IMG/VR virus record: IMGVR_UViG_3300007516_000009 | Length of the DNA: 61,411 nucleotides | Source: an uncultured virus (IMG/VR IMGVR_UViG_3300007516_000009) | Taxonomy: Duplodnaviria > Heunggongvirae > Uroviricota > Caudoviricetes | Reading direction: 5' to 3' (one strand) | Shown here: piece after piece, positions 54,639 to 61,411 of the stretch | Layout of the letters: every line of letters starts with the position of its first letter | Position numbering within the stretch: position 1 is the first letter of the stretch | Position numbers and translations under genes: made by a program | Notes under the pieces: generated by a model | The model's database searches: none | Told to the model about the DNA's origin: nothing | The model's input: the letters and a program-made list of their open reading frames with translations, nothing else

Positions 54639-55668
54639 TGCATTTATTCCACGTGTTGAGTTTCAGTATAAGAGATAGGCCCGAGTAGGTGTTCTTATTT
54701 ATCAAGTCTAATACATCTGTAGATGTTCGCCCGGATAAAATCATTTCATTTATGTCTTTTTCTTCAACCGTATCTGGCCAAACAACTATTGACCAATCGT
54801 CTTTAGCCGCGCGCTTCATGATTCTCAAAAGTTCACTATTCCGCGGCTGGTTATCAACTATGAGCACAGCTTTATGTTTTGGGATATACGGCTCGATCTT
54901 CTTCATATCGCTCGAGCCGATCGCTATTGAGTTTGGAATAAATAGACTATCAATTGGCCCCTCAACACAATAAACAGTCTCAGTAAGATCAACTCGATCC
55001 AAATTATATATCATCGGCTGAGTATCATCTATCCGAATAGCGATATATCGTAGAGTTTCAGCACCAAGCGCACGACACGTAACGCCGACCAATTTCCCAT
55101 GTCGGCTATAAAATGGTAGCACTAGTTTTGGTTCTGATCCAACCATCTTGTCTTTATATTTAGCGGATAGTTGCTCGATCTTACGGACATCATCGATATA
55201 GTAAAGTTCCGAAAACTTAGCTTCCGGTATCTTTCGAGTCCGACAATATTTAACTGCTATATTATCATCGGGCAACGAATCTAATCTATCTAGTAGAGAG
55301 TCGAGAAGTGACTTTTCTTTAAACACTGGCTGACTAAAAGCAAAATCTGGCTTTGAGTGTGGTTTGGGTGCATTACCGATATCCAACCCCTGTGAATATC
55401 GCTCCATTACATACTGCTTATATAGCTCCGAATTGAGATCTTTTAAGAGCTTACCAAAACTAGTTCCTGCACTACAGTTGTGACATTTGTAGAATAATGC
55501 AGTACCCTTGGTGTAAAGGAAACCTCTTGCTTTCTTTTTGTTCTTTTTACTGTCCATGCAAAGTGGACATCTGAAGTTTGCTAGATAAGGATTTTGTTGT
55601 TTGATTGTGAAGTTCTCTAACTGAACTGATATCAAATTAGAGAACTTTATGTCAACCCATAAGTTCAT
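54619..55668 (-). CDS. gp61: DNA primase gp61
   Basis: FRCPLC.DS..KCHNC; VEGPIDSLF; DNQPRN; KDINEM. Confidence 0.96.
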   Translation of the reverse strand: MNLWVDIKFSNLISVQLENFTIKQQNPYLANFRCPLCMDSKKNKKKARGFLYTKGTALFYKCHNCSAGTSFGKLLKDLNSELYKQYVMERYSQGLDIGNAPKPHSKPDFAFSQPVFKEKSLLDSLLDRLDSLPDDNIAVKYCRTRKIPEAKFSELYYIDDVRKIEQLSAKYKDKMVGSEPKLVLPFYSRHGKLVGVTCRALGAETLRYIAIRIDDTQPMIYNLDRVDLTETVYCVEGPIDSLFIPNSIAIGSSDMKKIEPYIPKHKAVLIVDNQPRNSELLRIMKRAAKDDWSIVVWPDTVEEKDINEMILSGRTSTDVLDLINKNTYSGLSLILKLNTWNKCNDGIDG

Positions 55669-55757
55669 CTGTTAAACCACTTAATATGTTATTCAAAGGC
55701 GGCAAGGCCTATTATAACCATTTATATCAGTATGTAAATAGAAAAAAGATAAAAAGT

Positions 55758-56222
55758 TTACTTTATTTGAATTTTTACATTATTTGGTGGGTTTTTGATG
55801 GTTCTATTCTGTAATACGTGCGACTTATATGTCACAAGAGAAGTATAATAACAAAACTGATTCGGTTTAACTGCTTTTGGTATTATTATGCCAAGCTCGG
55901 CTATGAGCCGGAATCCGTTCATCCAAATCGGACTTAGTGTCTCGCCGCGCGCCAAACCAGGATTCCATAACGTGCCGTCGTCGCAGAATAGTTTTCTGTC
56001 AATAGCTAAAATAGCAGGCGGCTGAGCTTCACGACTATATTCAAACTTGATAACAACAGCTTCACCAGGGGTCACTGAATTATCATCTATCCAAGTCTTA
56101 TGTACAACGAGCGGAGCAACCATATCATAATAAATACCGAGCGCTACGAGCCCGACTACACTATATGTTATCAATAAAAACATCGTTACGCAAGTATAAA
56201 TTACGAAATGTTTTGTAAACAT
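55758..56222 (-). CDS. Membrane-anchored protein in lysis region
   Basis: N-terminal TM, soluble domain with two Cys. Confidence 0.6.
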   Translation of the reverse strand: MFTKHFVIYTCVTMFLLITYSVVGLVALGIYYDMVAPLVVHKTWIDDNSVTPGEAVVIKFEYSREAQPPAILAIDRKLFCDDGTLWNPGLARGETLSPIWMNGFRLIAELGIIIPKAVKPNQFCYYTSLVTYKSHVLQNRTIKNPPNNVKIQIK

Positions 56223-56527
56223 TATGTTTTCTTTCTCTTAGCTTGTTGTTTGAAGCACATCCACAGATACATGGATGTAAACAATGAAAGGTCTGCGGTT
56301 ATAAAAAGTATAATCATTTTTATAAATTCTATTTCTGCTGATAATTGAAATAGAAGTGCCACTATAGTAATAACATTAAAAATAGTCGATGCTATTAATA
56401 GTGCAAGCGACCAAGGATCGGTCAAAAGAATTTTTCTAAACGTATAATAAGTAACAGAAGTCATTAAATTAGACACGATAATCAATACACCAGAAAAAAC
56501 AATAACTAAACTGGTTAATGATAGCAT
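56222..56527 (-). CDS. Three-TM protein, holin candidate
   Basis: Three hydrophobic helices, basic C-terminus. Confidence 0.55.
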   Translation of the reverse strand: MLSLTSLVIVFSGVLIIVSNLMTSVTYYTFRKILLTDPWSLALLIASTIFNVITIVALLFQLSAEIEFIKMIILFITADLSLFTSMYLWMCFKQQAKRKKT

Positions 56528-56542
56528 TTAAGTTCGGTTCCT

Positions 56543-56842
56543 TTACATTATTATTTTTGACAAAAGCGCGCCAAAGACTGACGCCATAATCAGGCCTGCC
56601 ATACCAAAAACTATAATCTTGACTGGGCTGAATTCCTTTTGCGTGACATAATTATTGATGCTGGTCCAAAGTTGATCTATTTTTTTATTAGTATCCTCTG
56701 TTGATATTTGAACTTGTCGTTTTAAATCCGCGATAGAATCTCTTTGCATTGCTTCATTGCGCTCGATAGTTTGTTTAAGATTATCTGTTTGTGCTTGAAG
56801 AACAGCAAGCAGTACTTCGTGAGAAATAGGTTTCTGGTCCAT
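56543..56842 (-). CDS. Coiled-coil protein with C-terminal TM (lysis region)
   Basis: Coiled coil followed by TM. Confidence 0.65.
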   Translation of the reverse strand: MDQKPISHEVLLAVLQAQTDNLKQTIERNEAMQRDSIADLKRQVQISTEDTNKKIDQLWTSINNYVTQKEFSPVKIIVFGMAGLIMASVFGALLSKIIM

Positions 56843-56851
56843 GACAACCTC

Positions 56852-57139
56852 TTATCTTCTTGACATATATGCTGTAATGCCCATATAGGCACCAACTATA
56901 CTCGCCATAGATATGTAAAATAAATCTGAAATACTGCCAAGCAATTTTATCCGAGCATCTGGGATAATCGGGGTCAACAGTATAATCGTGAATAAAATCA
57001 TGCAAACAAGTGCAGTTGTGGCCATTCGGCGCTGTGCAGTTTGTCTTCGAATAAGCATTTCTGTCTCTTTCACTTTTATTTCATCATCAGACACTATGTT
57101 ATCATTATTCAAGTCAAGCTCATTATTGCCCTTTGACAT
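56852..57139 (-). CDS. Two-TM protein, holin candidate
   Basis: DLNNDNIVSDDE..QRRMA..IVGAYMG. Confidence 0.6.
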   Translation of the reverse strand: MSKGNNELDLNNDNIVSDDEIKVKETEMLIRRQTAQRRMATTALVCMILFTIILLTPIIPDARIKLLGSISDLFYISMASIVGAYMGITAYMSRR

Positions 57140-57518
57140 CTTCTGCCGATCCTTCGTAATAATCTTTGTACCGTTCTATCATAGAGTTATTCAAGATTAT
57201 ATACTTACGGATCTGTGCAAAATTTATAGAAAGAACTTCATAGTTATCATCCGTGAGACCAAAAAGGACCACATCTTTATTTTGCCTTTTAAGTAAAGCA
57301 AAAACTTCTTTATAGTTATCTTCTGTAATGAGAATCCAGCTCACTTTATTCAGTTTGAGCGCTGGAAGCGCGGCCAGATCCAAATGCTGGCGCTTCACCT
57401 CGACTGTAGAAACTTCAAGCTTCTTTACTGAGCTGCAACCGCTAATTAGAATAAGGGACGTAGCTAGGATTACTAAGCTCAGGACATTCAGAATTGATTT
57501 CTGATTTACGTGTAGCAT
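57123..57518 (-). CDS. Outer-membrane spanin candidate (lipoprotein)
   Basis: Lipobox ISGC; overlaps the i-spanin gene. Confidence 0.75.
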   Translation of the reverse strand: MLHVNQKSILNVLSLVILATSLILISGCSSVKKLEVSTVEVKRQHLDLAALPALKLNKVSWILITEDNYKEVFALLKRQNKDVVLFGLTDDNYEVLSINFAQIRKYIILNNSMIERYKDYYEGSAEDVKGQ

Positions 57519-57939
57519 TCTTTTCTTTCTCGGTTAATGGCGACCCAGTAGAAATTTCAAGACATCGCAAAGCGTTGGCTGTCCCTCTATTTATTATTCT
57601 CTGGATTGCGGCAGTTTTAACAGTTGCCAAGTTACCGACATCTCGTTTCTCACCAGATGCATTTGTCTTATTGAATTTATCCTTTAACCCATCAACGGAT
57701 TGTGTAAGTGCGGTTGTCAAGTCATTCTGTTGATTAATCGCAGAAACAATTTTTGTAGTATCCTCGCGCTGTTGTTTCACTACTTTCTTTTCACTATCAA
57801 GCGCTAACTCCAATTTTATGTTATTAGATTCACTTATCGCTAAATCTGACTGTAAAGATTTGATATATACATATAGTCCCATTACTGCTAATATGACAGC
57901 GATCACAAGTCCAACTTTAAGATAACTGAATACGAACAT
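57442..57939 (-). CDS. Inner-membrane spanin candidate
   Basis: N-terminal TM plus coiled coil, next to the endolysin. Confidence 0.75.
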   Translation of the reverse strand: MFVFSYLKVGLVIAVILAVMGLYVYIKSLQSDLAISESNNIKLELALDSEKKVVKQQREDTTKIVSAINQQNDLTTALTQSVDGLKDKFNKTNASGEKRDVGNLATVKTAAIQRIINRGTANALRCLEISTGSPLTEKEKNATRKSEINSECPELSNPSYVPYSN

Positions 57940-58379
57940 TACACCCCTCTCATGTACTGAACCAACCGCTCGGCGCGACTAGTAACCTGACGATACCAAT
58001 TAGAATCTACCATTTCGTCTGCAGCCAGGGCCCAGTCACCATCATCAACTGCATCTTTCATGCCACGGAATTTACTTAGCCTAGTGAGACCGAGATTAAA
58101 CATCATATTGGAGATAATCAATTGAACTTCTTCCGGGAGCGTCTCAAAGTCACTATACAATTTGTTACAATCAGCTACTACAGATTTAACATCGTGTGCA
58201 AACGCATCTTCAACGCGTTCCTTTGAAACACGAGTTCCAACCTTCTTACCAAATTCTTCGTCTGTCTGTAATATTAAATGTCCAATTCCCATCGTTGGAT
58301 AGCCCAAATGATCAAGATAAATTTCGTATTTTACACCCTCATCAAGCTCAAGCTGTTTTCTAAGTTTATCTATATTCAT
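57939..58379 (-). CDS. Endolysin, T4-lysozyme (GH24) family
   Basis: DEG..YLDHLGYPTMGIGH..MMFNLG..SNWYRQV. Confidence 0.94.
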   Translation of the reverse strand: MNIDKLRKQLELDEGVKYEIYLDHLGYPTMGIGHLILQTDEEFGKKVGTRVSKERVEDAFAHDVKSVVADCNKLYSDFETLPEEVQLIISNMMFNLGLTRLSKFRGMKDAVDDGDWALAADEMVDSNWYRQVTSRAERLVQYMRGV

Positions 58380-58389
58380 AATTATTCAC

Positions 58390-58959
58390 CTATTTAGTTT
58401 TAGCTGATTCCCTTGCTACACGTTTTAGGAAGGTCACCCCGTTAATATATCGGCCCTTTTTCTTTCTCTCGCCCGGCGGCCCAACCTTATATGGGATGTT
58501 TCGCCAAGTGGCTACATCGCTACCAGTTCCAGCAACAGATGGTCCAGTAACGTTCGCGATTTCTTCTTCTAGTTGCTTAAAGGTACGACTAGAGTTTTTT
58601 TCTAAATATTTAATCGTTTGGACTAATTCGAGTAATATTTCAGTTTCGTCTTTGAACCCCTCATCTACTAGTCGGCTTGTTTCTTTTCCTTGTTCCTTAA
58701 GCAAAAACAATGCAGCCGCGAACGTTGCTACTTTGCCGCCCAGACCAACCTTACTCATTAGTCGTTTGATGTTTCGAACAAATCTACTATAAAATGAAGT
58801 CGCTGCCTTTTCTTCAGGAGTTGATGCTGCTTTGAGTTTCTTGCCAGCATCATCTATAAGACCGAGCTTAAATGCGTCGGTTTCGTTAAATGGAGTTGAT
58901 AAGTCCTTAACGATTCTATATAGAATGTATATGTCAACGGCTTTTTTGAGTTCGGCCAT
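58390..58959 (-). CDS. Conserved T4-like hypothetical protein
   Basis: TPF..AFKLGLID..G..RNIKRL..AAALFLLKE. Confidence 0.8.
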   Translation of the reverse strand: MAELKKAVDIYILYRIVKDLSTPFNETDAFKLGLIDDAGKKLKAASTPEEKAATSFYSRFVRNIKRLMSKVGLGGKVATFAAALFLLKEQGKETSRLVDEGFKDETEILLELVQTIKYLEKNSSRTFKQLEEEIANVTGPSVAGTGSDVATWRNIPYKVGPPGERKKKGRYINGVTFLKRVARESAKTK

Positions 58960-59351
58960 TATAGATTCCTTAACATTTGAATGATATGCGGATCCATCTC
59001 GATATCAGAATCCCGAATCACAAACTTATTTATTCCGATTGGCGGAATCTGTTCTGGCCAATAATTGAGATAAACCAAGAACGGTTTTAGATACTCAAGA
59101 TGATCTTGTAATTTAAAACAGAGCATGCGTGTGCATGCTTCGTGGTAAAAAACGTTATATAGAACTATAATATGATTGAGTATAAGTCGTTCTCGTAAAT
59201 TCTTACCACCATCATATTTACGAAATAGTCGTTTTAGATATTTAATACGATTCAAATCTTCTTCGAATTCTAGTTGATCTGCACAATTAGAATTCTCATA
59301 ATGTTTGGCTGCGTATAATAAAAAGTTGGATTCATCAAGCGTTTCAAACAT
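58959..59351 (-). CDS. Conserved T4-like hypothetical protein
   Basis: NFLLYAAKHY..EFEEDLNRIKYLKRL..ERLILNH. Confidence 0.85.
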   Translation of the reverse strand: MFETLDESNFLLYAAKHYENSNCADQLEFEEDLNRIKYLKRLFRKYDGGKNLRERLILNHIIVLYNVFYHEACTRMLCFKLQDHLEYLKPFLVYLNYWPEQIPPIGINKFVIRDSDIEMDPHIIQMLRNL

Positions 59352-60877
59352 TACGTATACTGCATTAATTCTTGCCAGTTAGGAATACCAGAAGAATAGA
59401 TTCGCATCGCAGCAATAAACGACCGCATATTTGGATTCTTCAGTGAACCAAGCTTGTTCATTTTCTCGAGTGTAGCAAGTACCTCTTTCTTTGCGTCGTA
59501 AGAAACCCCGCTAAATTCGCCTGAACCTATATTATCTACAATAGAAGCCATTCGTTTGAATACTTCGGCATCTGTAAGCGTCATGTCAATTTTAAACCCG
59601 CGGGACAAAATGGCTGGCTCAATTTTGCCTTCTGATAGGTTTGAAATAAAGATGATTTTTCCCGTATATTCGAACGAAGATGGCAATTTGACACTCTCGT
59701 CGCCGCCAGCTTTAAGAATACCTTCCACTTCTACTGTAAAGGCTTCTCTTTCGTCTTTACTCATAGACGTGACGTTTGTAGTTCTATTCGAAATCCAAGA
59801 GAGTTCTTTGACTTTTTTACTATCAAGAGCGGCTTTGATTAGATTTCTGGAATCCTGATCATTGAACACACTATCACTATCATCAAATACAATCATGCGT
59901 TTTCTATTAAGAAACAGCGTACGATAAACGCCAACCGGAGTTGTTTTACCGCTAATTATTGTAAAATCGACCCCCTGTTTTTTTAGTTCTTCCTCAACCG
60001 TATATGACTTGCCAATGCCCGGGCCACCAAAGACCAAAAGACTTGGCTGCCCGCCTTTTACTACAACTCGAATAAGCTTAACGAGATTACCGAAAAGTGT
60101 ATCTGCATCTTTAAGCTCAAGTTTGTTTGGTAGTGTATCTGGGTCTGCAGCTAGGTCTAGATGTTTTTCAAGCGCCTTTTCAACTTGATCATATGATGGC
60201 TTGAACATTCTACCAGACGGCGCTCGGCCGAGCACGAAAAGTTCCGGTTCTTTATCTTTTACGGCCGCCGGTGTAGCCGCCGGTGAAAATGCACGGGGTA
60301 CCGCATTTTGGTCTGTGCCAATATTAAATTTGCCCTTTCCACCAGTCCCACGAAGTTGGTGGATAGTAGAAGGAATGCCCACTCCGTGATTTCTTGCTGT
60401 TTTTTTAATTTGATCCATAGTGAGAGACGAAATATTGCCATGATCGGCTAAGGCGAGAGTAGAAAAATCTGAGTGACTTACTCGCTTGGCTTCATATAGA
60501 ATACTTTCTTTAATTGCAGTCTTGCCGAGCATAGGTTTCTTAACAATATTAGCGATAGTTTTAACTATCTGAACTGCGTTGTGCCCTTTCAGGTCAATAA
60601 AAAAATCGGGATCCTTATAAACTTCCCATTGCTTCCAGATATACAGACTATCGATTATACCTAAACGATAAGTTAACTGATATGCATAGCGCCGAGGTGT
60701 AAAAAATAGATACCCCGTTGCACTATGATCAAGCGATACATATCCTTTTTTGCCGCCATACCGATAGAAGGTTTGTCCAACTGCTCGGCCGACTATATTT
60801 GCGATTAGCGTCACGGCTTTATCTATTTTACCGGAAGAGAAGCCCGCCTCTATTAGATAGGATGAAAATTGCAACAT
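59351..60877 (-). CDS. AAA+ ATPase with capsid-targeting-like N-terminus
   Basis: MLQFSSYLIEA; Walker A GGPGIGKS; Walker B IVFDDSD; IIFISN; SR. Confidence 0.8.
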   Translation of the reverse strand: MLQFSSYLIEAGFSSGKIDKAVTLIANIVGRAVGQTFYRYGGKKGYVSLDHSATGYLFFTPRRYAYQLTYRLGIIDSLYIWKQWEVYKDPDFFIDLKGHNAVQIVKTIANIVKKPMLGKTAIKESILYEAKRVSHSDFSTLALADHGNISSLTMDQIKKTARNHGVGIPSTIHQLRGTGGKGKFNIGTDQNAVPRAFSPAATPAAVKDKEPELFVLGRAPSGRMFKPSYDQVEKALEKHLDLAADPDTLPNKLELKDADTLFGNLVKLIRVVVKGGQPSLLVFGGPGIGKSYTVEEELKKQGVDFTIISGKTTPVGVYRTLFLNRKRMIVFDDSDSVFNDQDSRNLIKAALDSKKVKELSWISNRTTNVTSMSKDEREAFTVEVEGILKAGGDESVKLPSSFEYTGKIIFISNLSEGKIEPAILSRGFKIDMTLTDAEVFKRMASIVDNIGSGEFSGVSYDAKKEVLATLEKMNKLGSLKNPNMRSFIAAMRIYSSGIPNWQELMQYT

Positions 60878-60893
60878 ACGTATAATTCCTGTT

Positions 60894-61307
60894 TTAGAAG
60901 TCGCTTAAAGCAACTCGTTTGATTACGGTGTTTGATGTTGCTACGTATATATAGGAACTATCCCATAATATGGAACCCTGCATCCCACCACCGAGTTCGG
61001 TGGTTGCATTATTAGAAACAGATCCAGTTGACTTACCAAAAGTGAAATATCTGGAAACCAAACGGGGTCCGCGCGTTGCTGTTATATTGACGTTTGCTGA
61101 GATTACTGTATTACTACCAGAAAACGTAGTATTAGAAGCAACAGTAAGAGTGCCAGCAATAGCTGTATTAGGCATGTTGCCGGCAAGATTCTTAACCGTT
61201 ACTTTTTTGCTTACTGGTGTTCCACTTGGATCATCAATAATGAGAAACAAGTCTTCTGCTGCAGGACTAGCAAGATTAGTTAATTGCGATATTTTTAGAT
61301 CAGCCAT
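60894..61307 (-). CDS. Virion structural / fibre-associated protein
   Basis: MADLKISQLT..DDPSGTPVSKK..WDSSYIYVA..KRVAL. Confidence 0.7.
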   Translation of the reverse strand: MADLKISQLTNLASPAAEDLFLIIDDPSGTPVSKKVTVKNLAGNMPNTAIAGTLTVASNTTFSGSNTVISANVNITATRGPRLVSRYFTFGKSTGSVSNNATTELGGGMQGSILWDSSYIYVATSNTVIKRVALSDF

Positions 61308-61317
61308 TTATATCACC

Positions 61318-61411
61318 TTACGCTGCGGTGATTGTGATGGTTCCAACGGTGTTAGATACAGCACCGGTGATCACGAGATTAGCAGCCTGCCATCCTGCGT
61401 TGAGAGATACA
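61318..61411 (-). CDS. 3' end of a probable structural protein (partial)
   Basis: Open frame ending ..VGTITITAA*. Confidence 0.5.
   Translation of the reverse strand, partial: VSLNAGWQAANLVITGAVSNTVGTITITAA

Overview
This window is a 61 kb segment of a large T4-like myophage, almost all on the minus strand. The host is probably an alphaproteobacterium, inferred from a permuted two-piece tmRNA with an ..NDNY..RLAA tag. Core genes: baseplate and head-completion genes (gp5, gp27-like, gp53, gp48, gp4, gp2, gp54, gp26/gp51, tape-measure-like), gp32, gp59, gp33, RNase H, PhoH, exonuclease, RtcB, NrdA/B, ThyX, primase gp61, and a lysis cassette. There is also a glycosyltransferase / radical-SAM / UDP-sugar dehydrogenase cluster and about 25 tRNAs. 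Most unusual elements: (1) at 1-4257, an array of about 19 translationally coupled mini-genes, each starting MKSV(K) and built of 12-bp (xxQV)n repeats with variable di-residues; diverged MKSV relatives lie elsewhere, and a repeat-less DUF6745-like gene may be their partner; (2) a leader-peptide / antiterminator / terminator attenuator in front of the tRNA operon; (3) two circularly permuted tRNA-mimic (YrlA/Y-RNA-like) ncRNAs; (4) a candidate -1 frameshift fusing gp26 to gp51; (5) seven copies of a promoter+RBS cassette heading accessory genes; (6) a high-GC foreign island at about 37.6-41.2 kb. All calls were made by eye from motifs and synteny; no database search or folding program was run.
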